Shown here piece after piece: positions 1 through 11,990 of a stretch of DNA of 64,000 nt; the first letter of the stretch is position 1, and each line of letters starts with the position of its first letter. This stretch comes from Octopus vulgaris (lineage: Eukaryota), in NCBI GenBank assembly GCA_951406725.2, contig OX597819.1, positions 70,928,001-70,992,000 on the forward strand. The letters are read 5' to 3'. The translations under genes were made by a program, and so were the position numbers. The notes beneath the pieces are model-generated. The model worked only from the letters and a program-made list of their open reading frames with translations. It did no database searches and was not told the origin of the DNA.

Positions 1-12
1 AACTGTTTCTAG

Positions 13-94
13 TTATGGCGCACCAGGTGTAGAATTTGTTGGTCAGCAAAAGAAAGATGTTTCTATTAATCAACTTTTCTTTTTACCTGAGCAG
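13..94 (+). CDS. lgl: Lgl exon 1 in window (YGAPGVEFVGQQKKDVSINQLFFLPEQ)
   Basis: ttctag acceptor, gtatgt donor; matches LLGL YGAPGVEF...FLP.Q. Confidence 0.95.
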
Positions 95-1093
95 GTATGT
101 AGTTTTTTTTCTTTGTTTATTACATAGAGAAATTCACTTCACAACCATGTACTTTTGGGTTCAGTCCGACTGCACAGTACCTTAGCAATTGTCTTCTATT
201 GTTATTCCGGGCTGACCAAAGCCTTGTGAGTAGATTGTTAAGAGACACTGTAGACGCCCGTTTTATGTGTGTGTGTGTGAGTATTTGTCTCTGTATCTTG
301 ACATTGCCAAGTAGTTGTAAATGAGCTTCACCATCATTCAAGCAGTGTTGTTTGTTTCCAATCTTCAATGGAAACATGTCTAGCCAGGGGAAAATATCTT
401 GGAAACAAGTGAGGGTTTGTGATAGGAAGAGCATCCTGATCTTCCTACTGACCCGTGGAAGTTATGATAAAGGAAGGAGTAAATCAGTGAAGATACCGAC
501 TCTTCAAGCCATGGTACATGCAGGAACCTATCTAGGAGAATGGTAACTCCTAAAGAGAAAACAATTTGATTCAGTTTAGCTGGGAGTCTTTAAGTCCTGT
601 TTGTAAAATGGTCAATGTTCAGAAGAGCATTCAACTGTGAAACCCATGCCAAAATAGATCACATAGACAGTGACAGATTAGTTCAAATCAGTTTGTATTA
701 ATCAAGCCAACAACTGAAGGCAATCTTAGCCATGATAATTCTAAAGCCATTTTAGCAGGATGTAGATGACGCTACTAATATGTCCTGTTTTTATTTAAGA
801 TGGCATGATGGGATTTGAGGGAAATTTGCCTGCTATTTTTAGCAAGTCAAGCAACCCACTTAGCAACTCCCTCTTTTCTCTGTTGCTGTATGTATATACA
901 AGAGGTGACATATGTCTTCACAAGAAAAAGAAAAATCAACTTAGAATTACCATCAGAATACATAAAATGATAATATAAAATACATATTTTAAAGATTTTC
1001 ATTTGTTAACGTATTGATGTTTCCTTTTTTATTATGTTTGAAAATAGACTTTAAAAATTAAAAAAAAAAACTGTCTTGTGAATATTTTTTCAG

Positions 1094-1206
1094 GGTCGTC
1101 TCATCACCCTTTGTAGTGACAACTCCCTACACCTTTGGGAGATTAATGAAAAGAAGGAAGGAAATGCTGTGTTGGAAGAGGTTAAAGAAATTTCCATGGA
1201 ATGCAA
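1094..1206 (+). CDS. lgl: Lgl exon 2 (GRLITLCSDNSLHLWEINEKKEGNAVLEEVKEISMEC)
   Basis: tttcag acceptor, gtgagt donor, phase 0 to 2; GRL...D.SLHLWEI WD motif. Confidence 0.95.
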
Positions 1207-1435
1207 GTGAGTTTTTTTTTTGTTTTTCTGCTAAGGTTGGTGTCCAGTGATTTCTGAAGGGGAAGTATAGTTCACAAAATGGATTTTTGATGGTAATTAT
1301 AAATAAGTTATTCATAGATGCATTAAAATAATTCAGACTTTGTTCTGCTCATTAGTAATATTGATTTTGTATTAACACCCCTCTCCCTTATGTAAATTCA
1401 AGTCATATGTAAAATTGTACTGTGTGTGTGTGTAG

Positions 1436-1765
1436 GCTAAAGCATGGCTGTGTGGTAAGAAGCTTGCTTCCCAACCATATGGTTCCGGTTTCAGTCCCAC
1501 TGCATGGCACCTTAGGCAAGTGTCTTCTACTATAGCCTCGGACTGACCTAGACCTTGTGAATGGATTTGGTAGAGGGAAACTGAAAGAAATCTGTCTTAT
1601 GTGTGTATGTGTGTGCGTTTGTCCCTGTAACTTAGCAGATTGGCAAAAGAGACCAATAGAATAAGTATTAGGCTTACAAAGAATAAATCCTGGGGTCGAT
1701 TTGTTTGACTAAGGGTGGTGCTCCAGCATGGCTGCAGTCAAATGACTGAAACAAGTAAAAGAATA
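1436..1765 (+). mobile_element. tRNA-derived SINE, head A + (TG)n + tail E (representative; about 25 full or partial head-A copies in the window)
   Basis: A box TGGCTGTGTGG, B box GGTTCAGTCC, CORE-like CCTTRGGCAAGT segment, 3' end GAAACAAGTAAAAGAATA. Similar copies near 3690, 10345 and 43515 (+), and 43010-43370 and 54290-54705 (-). Confidence 0.88.
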
Positions 1766-2489
1766 TATATATATACACACATATATATAGGCTTGGTTGT
1801 ATGGTAAGAAGTTTGTTTCCCAACCACATGGTTCAGGGTTACTTCCCTCTGCACGTCACCTTAAGCAAGTATCTTCTGCTGTAGCCCTGTGCCAACCAAA
1901 CCCTTGTGAGTGGATTTGGAAGACAGAAACTGTAAAAAGCCTGTGTGTGTGTGTGTGTACATTGAGAGAGAGAGAGAGAAAAATGGTAGGTTTTCTCAAG
2001 TAGGTTGATATAAGAATTAAGCCCCTAATTCCTCATTGGAAGGAAATAATTTATTTCATATTTGTGACTCAACTGTCATCTTCTCTAAATGTAGGAAGGG
2101 CATCCAGCCATAGAAATCTTGTAAAAGCAGACACTGGAGCTTGAAGCAGCCCTCTGGCTTGCCGGCTTCTGTTGAACTTCTAATCCATTCCTACCCAGAA
2201 AACAGACATTAAATGGTGATGATAAAAACAACTGATCAGAAGACCCCACCCCCACCAAGATATAAAATAAAACGGATCAATAAAAAGGGCCCATTATTGT
2301 CTTTGTCTGTGTTAAATTTACAGAAGGTTTGAATTAGTTTGATGTGAGGTATTTGTTGGCAATATCAATAGGGCAACGGAATGCCTGCTTAGATCGGATT
2401 GTGTTTCTGAATCTAAAAAGGTCCTTCCCCTCTCCCACCACCACCACCACTACCGCAGTTCTAATATCATTTATATTTTTCTCTTTTAG

Positions 2490-2636
2490 CAAACTGAAGA
2501 CCATTTCCACATGCTCTTTGACTCTGAATAGTGATAAGTTACTTATTGGTACAGAGGGAGGAAATATCCATATTTTGGAGGTGCAAACTTTTACACTTTT
2601 GGAACAAATCATCAGCCAAGATGTCGTCATGCAAAG
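2490..2636 (+). CDS. lgl: Lgl exon 3 (KLKTISTCSLTLNSDKLLIGTEGGNIHILEVQTFTLLEQIISQDVVMQ)
   Basis: cttttag acceptor, gtaaat donor, phase 2 to 2; GTEGG motif. Confidence 0.95.
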
Positions 2637-3867
2637 GTAAATGTGGAAATCAAATTCTTCATTTGGAACCATTTTGTTTTTTTTTTTTTGTTTTTTGTTT
2701 TTTTTCAACTTGATCAAAATATATCCAAGAACAAACGTTGATTTCTTAAAATTAAGCATTTTTCAAAATGCACCAACCAATTGTGGTCATTGCCAGCCCC
2801 TTCTGGCCCCTGTGCTGGTGGCATGTAAAAAGCACCCACTACACTCTTGGAGTGGTTGACATTAGGAAGGGCATCCAGCTGTAGAAACATTGCCAAATCA
2901 GATTGGAGCCTGGTGCAGCCCTCTGGCTTCCCAGACACCAGTCAAACTGTCCAACCCATGCCAGCATGGAAAACGGACATTGAGCGATGATGTGATGATG
3001 GTTCAATTACAACTTTCTAATGTATATGCATGGTTGTGTGCCTAAGAATTCCACTTTGCAACTACATGGTTTCAGGTTCAGCCCCTCTTTTGTACCATGG
3101 CTCAAGGCTGGCCAAAATCTGAAGCCTTGTGAGTAGATTTGGTAAACTGAAACTGAAAGAAGCCCTGTCTATCCTTGTCTTGATATCGTGTGATAATTGT
3201 AAATGAGTGTCACTGTCATATAAGCAGGGTCATTCATTTCCAATCTTCTGTGGAGCATGTCTGGCCATGTGGAAACTAATTCCTTACATGAAAATGAGTG
3301 AGAGCTGGCAATAGGAAGGACATTTGACCATAGAAAATCTGCCCCATTGATATCCATCTGGCTCATGCAAACATGAAAAAGAGGATGTTAAAATAATGAA
3401 GACGATGCTTCCTTTTCTCCACTTCTGTGGGTGTATATTTTGCATAATTGATAGAACATGCCCTTGACCTCTCAAACTGATCATGCTGACTTTGTGTGCT
3501 TGATAAATCACTTGTAGCTGTTACATTGTAGAAGTATTGGGGATTGCTGACCAATTCCATGGATATTCCTCAGTTTCATTAGAAGCTACCAAGTATTAAA
3601 CATCTATCAATACAGCTTTTTAAATATTTTGTTCATAGGTTTTATACACACACACACACACACATTTAGTACATAATAACATATATTTATAGGCTTAGGA
3701 GTGGTTGTGTGATAACTAGCTTGCTTACCAACCACATGGTTCCAGGTTCAGTCCCATTGCGTGGCACCTTGGGCAAGTGTCTTCTACTATAGCCTTGGGC
3801 TGAGCAAAGCCTTCTGAGTGGATTTGGTAAACAGAAACTTAAAGAAGCCTGTCGTATATATGTGTAT

Positions 3868-4344
3868 ATCAGAATCGAAATCGATCAATGGAAATTGCAG
3901 ATGTGTTACCAGTGCCGGTGGCATGTCGAAACTCTACTTGTGAAGACCCGTTGAGGCAAGTGAGGATCAGAATGGAAATCGATCAATGGAAATTGCAGAT
4001 GTGTTACCAGTGCCGGTGGCATGTAAGAGAACCTTCCGTTTCGCGACCGTTGCCAGCACCGCCCCGTTTCGTGTCCGTTGCCAGCCTCGCCTGGCCCTTG
4101 TGCCGGTGGCACATAAAAAGCGCCATCCGTTCGTGGCCGTTTGCCAGCTCTGTCTGGCACCTGTGCGGGTGGCACGTAAAAAGCACCCACTACACTCACG
4201 GAGTGGTTGGCGTTAGGAAGGGCATCCAGCCGTAGAAACACTGCCAGATTTGACTGGGCCTGATGAAGCCTTCTGGCTTCACAGACCCCAGTAGAACCGT
4301 CCAACCCATGCTAGCATGGAAAACGGACGCTAAACGACGATGAT
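3868..4344 (+). mobile_element. Retroposon family B with (GAT)n tail, young CpG-rich copy nested inside a SINE A/E
   Basis: Repeated TGCCGGTGGCAYRTAAAAAG subunits, AGGAAGGGCATCCAGC, CCAACCCATGCTAGCATGGAAAACGGACG then (GAT)n; splits head A (3690-3860) from tail E (4380-4555). Confidence 0.85.
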
Positions 4345-4841
4345 ATATATATATATGTATATGTGTGTGTGTGTGTGTCTGTGTTTGTCCCCACAACATC
4401 GCTTGACATCCGGTGCTGGTGTGTGTTTACGTCCCTGTAACTTAGCAGTTTAGCAAAAAGAGACTGATAAAATAAGTACTGGGGTCGATTTGCTCAACTA
4501 AAAGGTGGTGCTCCAGCATGGCTGCAGCCAAATGACTGAAACAAATAAAAAGAATATAACATAATAGAATAAGTAAAAAAAAGTTAACAAATGATTGAAA
4601 TTACCGGAATGAAAAATACTTTATTCATTTGTGACTTGAAGATAAACTGTATTCTTCATAAGAGTTAGTCCTCACACACATACACACACATATTAATGGT
4701 GTATGCACATATACCACACTCTCTCTTATGTGCACACCTGTAAGATTCATATGTGTGTTTGTGGCATTCATTTGAATCTCTCTCTCTATTGCATACTAAC
4801 TCTTACCATCCCCTTTCCACTGTGTGACAGATTGTTTACAC

Positions 4842-5122
4842 CAGTGGTTCCCCACCCCCCCCAGTTCTAAGGCCTGAATTCCTAATGCCCCTCCCCCTCC
4901 AGCACTCACCATCACAGACATAGTCCATTATTCAAAACAACAGTATTTCAGAAATAAAACTTAAACCTAATTAACCCTTTATTTTGTTTGTTTGTTTTTT
5001 TCTTTTTTTCCCATCCATTGCCCCATTTTGGTCACCCCATTATCGCCCCATCTTTCTTCAACACCCCCTGAATCTTTCCACCACCCCCATGAGGGCAGTA
5101 CCGCCCACATTAGAAACCACTG
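4842..5122. mobile_element. hAT-type MITE
   Basis: CAGTGGTT...AACCACTG termini; perfect 8-bp TSD GTTTACAC at 4834-4841 and 5123-5130. Confidence 0.9.
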
Positions 5123-5448
5123 GTTTACACCACAGGAATATACCATTAACACTCTAACATAATGGATAATACAAGGGAGTGCGGAAATGTTCCTGGCTTT
5201 GGGTAAAAGAAAATACAGGAGGATCAGTTAATTATGGTTTTAGTCAATATATTCCCCACTCAGATTCACACACTTATTGCAGTGATCCTTTAGTTTTTCT
5301 AAGCCCCCATAAAAGAACTCGGAAGGTTGGCCCTCCAACCAGTCCTTTCACAATGCCCCTGATGCCGAGAACTTTTCAACATCCCCTTGTACAATGTGTT
5401 TGCTTATTAATGTTGACTTATCAATACCTTACATCTTTTTCATTACAG

Positions 5449-5518
5449 TATGCCTGAAGTCTCGTCAAACCCAGGTGCTGTTGAGGCTATTGCTGTTCAT
5501 CCTACCAATCCTGACAAG
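5449..5518 (+). CDS. lgl: Lgl exon 4 (MPEVSSNPGAVEAIAVHPTNPDK)
   Basis: ttacag acceptor, gtacca donor, phase 2 to 0. Confidence 0.92.
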
Positions 5519-6335
5519 GTACCATTTGAGTTATTGTTTATCCCACCAGCATGTGGCTTAGTGGTTTGGGTATTCAGTTCCTAATCATGAGGGCATGAGT
5601 TCGATTCCCAGTAGTGTGTTGTGTCCTTGAACAAGACACTTTATTTCACATTATTCCAGTCTGCTCAGCTGGCAAAAATGAGTTCTCCCTGTATTTCAGA
5701 GGGCCAGCCTCGTCACATTCTTTGTCACACAGGAATCTTCCTGAGAACTATGTTGTGGGTACGTGTGTCTGTGGAATGCTTAGCCACTTGCATGTTAATG
5801 ACGTGAGCCAACTTTTCTGTTGATCAACTGAACCCTCATCACTGTAACCAAAGAAGTGCCGGTTTATCCCAACACCCTTCTCTCTCAACAAACCCCTCTC
5901 CTCAGAATTACTAGCTTTGTACCTAAATCAAAAATTATTATTTAAGTTGGCAAAATGGTTAGTGCTTTTGACAAAATGCTGAGTGGCATTTCTTGTATCC
6001 TTTTATATTTTGAGTTCAAATCCTGCCAAAGTTTTGGCATAACTCCACTAACTAACAAAACCATAAATATTATTAATTAAAGTTTTCCTTTAACCCCTTA
6101 AATTGACCAAATCAGGCCCAAATATTCTACTTGCTTTATGTTCAAACTGACCAGATCCGGGCTCTCACACTTACGGTGACATTCTAAAAGTAAACAACTG
6201 CATCTCTAAACTATGAGATAATGCATGATTAATAGAAAGCCTTGTGAATAATGATTACAATATATGGAGTAATCTGAAATCTAAGAAGTTAATTGACCGG
6301 GAATCATTTTCTTTTTTTTTTTCTTCTCTTTATAG

Positions 6336-6546
6336 TTTCTTATTGGATTCAATCGTGGTTACATAGTTCTGTGGGACAACAAAACCAACAATGCTGACCG
6401 TACTTACAATGCAAGCCAACAGCTGGAGAGTTTGGACTGGCACCGTAATGGTACAGATTTCATTACTGCGCATGCAGATGGCAGCTATCTAAAATGGAGC
6501 ACCGAGGAATCTTCGTCTCCAAAAGAGTCTTCGACAACACCTTATG
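6336..6546 (+). CDS. lgl: Lgl exon 5 (FLIGFNRGYIVLWDN...QQLESLDWHRNG...HADGSY...TTPY)
   Basis: long pyrimidine tract plus tatag, gtaagt donor, phase 0 to 1. Confidence 0.96.
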
Positions 6547-7214
6547 GTAAGTTGCGTATTTTTGAATAGGTGCACACCTGGTTGTGGGGTTAAGAAGCTT
6601 GCTCCCTAACCATGTGGTTGGGGCTCAGTCCGTCTGTGTGGCACATTGAGCAGGTGTTTTCTACTATGTCCCCTGGTCAACTAAAGCCCTATAAGTGGAG
6701 TTTGTAAATGAAACTGAAGGAAACGTGTCATTGTGTGTGTGTGTATCCTCATCATGATATTGTGATGATTGTAAATGAGCATCACCCTCATACAAGCGGC
6801 ATTGTTCATTTCCAACCTTCCATGAAAACTGTCTCAAGTTATCAGAAAATATTACATTGCTTGGAAACGGGTGAAGGTTGGTGCCACAGGAAGTGTCCTC
6901 AAGTAACACCTGTATTATAATTTGAATAGAGAAATTGTAGGGCTCCCGGATCCCTATAGTCCTGACTCACTTGGAACTCTTCAACATCTCTTGTGTTTGT
7001 GCCACAAAAAAGTGCATGCAGTGGTGTAAAGAGTGCCATCCATTCATAGAAATCCAGTCAGATAATGACATTTACAGACACCAGTCTTTGGGATCAGCGC
7101 TTGGCAACTTGCTCAAGACTGTGATGATCCATCTAACCCATGCTGACATAGAAAGCTGATATAAAAATAATGATTTTTATATCATTATTATATTTTTATA
7201 TCAAATTCAATGAC

Positions 7215-7670
7215 TGGCATCTGTGCTAGTGGAGTGCTAAGAGCACCATCCGAGTGTGATTGTTGCCAGAGCAGCTAACTGGCTTCCATGCTGGTGGCAC
7301 ATAAAAAGCACCATTTGAGCGTGATCGTTACCAGTGTCGCCTTACTGGCACTTGTGCTGGTGGCATGTGAAAAAACATTTGAGCGAGATCATTGCCAGTG
7401 CCGCTGCACTGGCTCCTGTGCAGGTGGCACGTAAAAAACACCAATTGAGCATGGCCGTTGCCAGTACCGCCTGACTGGCCTTCGTGCCGGTGGCACATAA
7501 AAGCACCCACTACACTCCTGGAGTCGTTGGCATTAGGAAGGGCATCCAGCTATAGAAACTCTGCCAGATCAGATTGGAGCCTGGTGCAGCCATCTGGTTC
7601 ACCAGTCCTCAGTCAAATCGTCCAACCCAAGCTAGCATGGAAAACAGACGTTAAACGATGATGATGACGA
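7215..7670 (+). mobile_element. Retroposon family B with tandem internal subunits
   Basis: About four GGTGGCACRTAAAAAGCACC-type subunits then the conserved 3' end. Other copies: (+) 2790-3000, 23150-23480, 25155-25485; (-) 11108-11430, 13105-13370, 26148-26400, 29200-29620, 36960-37260. Confidence 0.85.
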
Positions 7671-7693
7671 TTTTAATTTTTTTCTTCTTTCAG

Positions 7694-7745
7694 GACCATT
7701 TCCTTGTAAAGCCATCAGTAAGATTCAGTGGAAATCCTCTAAATC
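7694..7745 (+). CDS. lgl: Lgl exon 6 (GPFPCKAISKIQWKSSKS)
   Basis: tttcag acceptor, gtaagt donor, phase 1 to 2; GPFPCKAI conserved. Confidence 0.96.
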
Positions 7746-8649
7746 GTAAGTGAATTCTTTTCTTTTATCTAGATTTAAATATGTGTGTGTGTATTTATAT
7801 TTGTATATATTTGTGTTTGGTAAATGTGTGTTAGATGAATGTATATATGTGTGTTTTGTGATGCATGTGGTTGTGTGTGTATACATACAAGCGTATGTAT
7901 GTATACATGCATCTATCATACATACATACGTATGACATATGTACATACATAAGCATGCATGTATCAAAATGAGAAACAGATTTTGTTTTAATTTCCTTTG
8001 TTTCTAAACAAAAATAAAGCTAATCAATGCAGCAGTGTGTATATAGTATTTTGTGTTATAGAATTGTTAGGATAGGAGTGTATATAACCGTTAGTTGGTA
8101 ACTTTGAGAAGAAGTGTGAAATAGACCGAGGTGAAGAGTGTGTACAGCTGTCAGCTGGTTGTGATAAAGCGCTACAACTTACCTAGAGTTGACAGGGTGC
8201 TGACATGTGTGGTGAAAGGCTGATGTTGTAATCCATGTTTTGGTTCTGTTCTCATGGGTTCCTCACAAATATGCCAAACTCTCAATGGCAATTTCATCTA
8301 AATATATCAGCAACAGTAATTAGAGGGGTTTTTTTTTTAGTTTGTTGTTGTTAGTTTGTTTTGTGAAGGAGTCATATTCTTTGCCACTATTAGTTTGGAG
8401 AGAGAGAGATGGCCTCCACGAACCTGATTTGCTCTTGATCTCAAACCTTACATTATTGTGAGTACAGACGTGGCTATGTGGTAAGAAGCTTACTTTCCAA
8501 CTACGTGGTTCTGGGTTCAGTCCCACTGCATTGCACCTCGGACAAGTGTCTCAAGTGTCTTCTGCTGTAGCCTAGGACTGGCCAAAGCCTTGCAAATGGA
8601 TTTGGTAGATGGAAATTGAAAGTAGCTTGTTGTGTGTATATATGTATGT

Positions 8650-8880
8650 TTGATAAGAGGAGGACTGAGGACTTGATGGGGATGCTGGGATTGGAGGAAT
8701 CAGTGGAATGGCTGTCAAGGGCGAATGGAGTGCGGTGGTATGGGCATGTGTTGAGGAAGGATGAGGGGCATGTTCTGAAGCGGGTGCTAGAGTTTGAGGT
8801 AAATGGACTGAGAAAGCGAGGTAGACCAAGGAAAACATGGAGGAGGAGATTGGGAGGATTGGCTCGAGAAGGGAGGATGC
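8650..8880 (+). mobile_element. RTE-clade LINE ORF 3' fragment
   Basis: Translates RWYGHVLRKDEGHVLKRVLEFEVNGLRKRGRPRKTW, the typical RTE C-terminal RW.GHV.R...RGRP..W pattern. Confidence 0.88.
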
Positions 8881-9379
8881 ATAGTACTTATTCTATCAGT
8901 CTCTTTTGCCAGACCGCTAAGTTACAGGGATGTAAACACACCAACATCGGTTGTCATGCAATGGTGGTAGGGACAAACACAGACACACAAACATGATGGG
9001 CTTCTTTCAGTTTCTGACTACCAATTCTACTTACAAAGCTTTGGTCAGCCCGAGGCTATAGCAGAAGTCACTTGTCCAAGGTTTTGCGCAGTAGGACTGA
9101 ACCCAGAACCATGTGGCTGGGAAGCAAGCTTCTTACCACACAGCCACTCAATCAATTAAAAAAAAACAGAGTAAAACAAAAAAACAGAAACAAACTTGAG
9201 GACGTGCACAAGAAATGTATTAATTAGATGCTCGGTAAAGGGAGAGAGTTGTTAACATTTCAAGCATAGCTCTTCATTGGAAACAGGAAAGTCCGAAGAG
9301 AAAGACAGAAAAATGAGGAAAAAACGCCAACAGACCACATGTGGTTACATGTGTGTATATAAATGTATACATACACAAC

Positions 9380-9671
9380 CAGTGGCGGACTGGGTCTAAA
9401 AATATTGGTTGCCAGGAGACTAAGGGGGTCTGCCTGCAACTACAAGGGGGCCCAGCTGCAACTACAATGCTATCATTTAATTTTTTTTTTTTTTTTGTTA
9501 AAAGTATTCTTTTCAACTGTCTACAAACACAGCCAGGCTGAAATAATTAATGCATTCTTCCAGGAGTGAATAAAAAATTTTCAAACTTGAAGGGATGAAC
9601 CCCTTAGATACTAACATGGGCCCCCATATATGGATTCTAGTAGCACTGGCAACCTGGCCAGTCCGTCACTG
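9380..9671. mobile_element. hAT-type (Tip100-like) MITE
   Basis: 14-bp TIR CAGTGGCGGACTGG / CCAGTCCGTCACTG with 1 mismatch; perfect 8-bp TSD TACACAAC. Confidence 0.9.
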
Positions 9672-9716
9672 TACACAACCACATATAGAATATATAAAAG
9701 TCAAACAGTCAGTAGA

Positions 9717-10123
9717 TGCATGATTTTGGTTTATATTCATCTTCATCATCGATATCTTCATCATCATCATTGTCATCTTCATCATTGTCATCTTCATCAT
9801 CGTCATCTTCATCATCTTCATCATCGTCATCTTCATCATCGTCATCTTTATCATCATTGTCATCTTTATCATCATCATCGTCATCTTTGTCATTGCCACC
9901 TTCGTCTTCATCGTCATCTTTGTCTTCATCGTCTTCATCGTCATCTTTGCCTTCATCGTCTTCATCGTCATCTTTGTCTTCATCGTCTTCGTCTTCATCG
10001 TCATCTTCATCATCATCATCTTCGTCATCTTCGTCATCTTCATCATCACCATCATCACTCCCATCATCATCATCATCATCATCATCATCACCACCACCAT
10101 CATCTTCATCATCATCATCATAG
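9717..10123. repeat. Compound trinucleotide repeat (CAT/CTT/CGT)n
   Basis: About 400 bp staying in triplet register; explains the overlapping poly-S, -H, -M and -D/E ORFs. Confidence 0.95.
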
Positions 10124-10920
10124 TCATTAACTGATTTTAGTCCAATAGTTTCCTGCTGTTGTGCTCTCGGGTTTAGCATTGAGGTCATGTTATATATTTT
10201 GTTCTCTATGACAAACAGCTCGTAATGATAAAACTGCCGATGATTGGTCGAGGGGAATGAATGCAAAATGTGTGTGTTGGAAATAGACATGGCCTCACAT
10301 GATTCACCATATGGCTAGAATTTCAGTGGAAAATTTGACCGGTGTGACTTCCCAATCACATGGTTCCAGGTTCAGTCCCACTGTGTGGCACTTTGGGCAA
10401 GTGCCTTCTACTATTGTCCTTTGCTGACCAAAACCTTGGCAGTGGATTTGGCAGAGACTGTAAGAAGCCTGTTGAATATGTGTATGTGTGTCTGTATGTG
10501 CATGTGTGTGTGTGTCTATGTATTTGTATGTGTCTGTGTCTGCATGCATGTGTGCCTGCATGTGTGTGTATGTGTCTGTGTGTGTGTGTCTGTGTGTGTG
10601 TGTCTGTGTGTGTCTGTATGCATATACGTGTCCTTGTTGGTGTGTTTACGTCCCCATAACTTAGTGGTTTGGCAATAAGAGACTGACAGAATAAGTACTA
10701 GGCCTAAAAAAGTAAGTCCTGGGGTTGAGTTGTTCAACTAAAACCCTTCAAAGTGATGCACCAGCATGGCCACAGTTAAACGACTGAAACAAGTAACAGA
10801 TTAAAGGAAGTTGACCCGAGCTTGGTAAAAACTAATGTTATCCCTGTTTTTGATTATTAAATGCAAACAGAAACCTTATTCTTTTCTTTATCTTTTTCTT
10901 TTCTCTCGTTCCTCGTATAG

Positions 10921-11093
10921 TGGTCCGTTTTACATATTTTCGGGTGGCATGCCACGTGCTAGCTATGGAGATAAGCACACTGTCACCGTAATGCAGGAAG
11001 AGAACCATGTTGTTTTTGATTTCACTTCAAAAGTCATCGATTTTATCACTGTTTCCACAGCTGACGAAGAAGACAAAGAGGACGGTAGACAAG
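10921..11093 (+). CDS. lgl: Lgl exon 7 (GPFYIFSGGMPRASYGDKHTVTVMQ...FDFTSKVIDF...)
   Basis: tatag acceptor, gtaaat donor, phase 2 to 1; LLGL-domain signature. Confidence 0.97.
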
Positions 11094-11454
11094 GTAAATA
11101 TTTTTGGTCATCATCATCATCATCATTTAATGTCCATTGTCCATGCTGGTATGGGTTTGATGGTTTGACCGGGGCTGGTAAGCTGGAAGGCTGCACTAGA
11201 CTTCAGTCTGACTCAGTATGGTTTTCTACAGCCACATACCCTTCCTAATGCCAACAACTCTGAGAGTGTAATGGGTGCTTTTACGTGCCACTGGCATGGG
11301 TGCCATCTGCGTGGCACCAGTATTTTTCATGAGTGCGATTTTGCTCGGTTTAATGGGTCTTTTCAAGCAAGACATAATGCCAAAGGTCTTGGTCATTGCC
11401 TCCATGGGGCCCAACGCTCAGAAGGAGCTCACTGTTTAATTATTATGCTTATAT

Positions 11455-11826
11455 GCAGGGCATGGCTATATAGTTAAGAGTTCTACTTCCCAACCACCTG
11501 GTTTCAGGTTCAGTCCTACTGTGTGGCACCCTGGGCAAGTGTCTTTTACGATAGCCTTAGACCGACCAAAACCTTGGAAGTGTGTGTGTGTTTTTGTCCC
11601 CTTGTCTTGACATCGTGTATTAGTTGTAAATGAGTGTCACTGTCGTACAGGCAGTGTCCTTCATTTCCAGTCTTTGTTGAAAATATGTCCCGCCATGTGG
11701 AAATATCGTCTTATTGGGAAACAGGTGAGGGTTGGCAACAGGAGGGGCATCCAGCTGTAGAATCTGCTCTACAAAATTCAACTGACTCATGCATGCATGG
11801 AAACATGGATGTTAAAATGATGCTGA
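11455..11826 (+). mobile_element. SINE head A with alternative tail F ending in (GAT)n
   Basis: Same head followed by GTAAATGAGTGTCAC...GGAAACAGGTGAGGGTTGG...GCATGGAA...GATGATG; also near 140-495, 3030-3405, 17390-17750, 22015-22400 and 44530-44955. Confidence 0.8.
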
Positions 11827-11928
11827 TATAGACATATATGGCATGGCATCATTGTCTTCCATCATTTTTACATTCATTTTGTAGAATTAAGGACAAACAC
11901 AGACACAAATATATATATATGTGTGTAT

Positions 11929-11990
<62 letters not shown>

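Noticed and set aside
1440-1510. tRNA gene
   Set aside because: A/B boxes belong to a SINE head with many diverged copies and no complete cloverleaf.
7215-7510. CRISPR-like spaced repeats (GGTGGCAC..AAAAAGCACC)
   Set aside because: The intervening sequences resemble each other, the unit is internal to a dispersed retroposon, the context is eukaryotic and there are no cas genes.
9630-10130. Poly-His, poly-Ser and poly-Met ORFs
   Set aside because: Alternative frames of one triplet repeat; no splice fit to Lgl.
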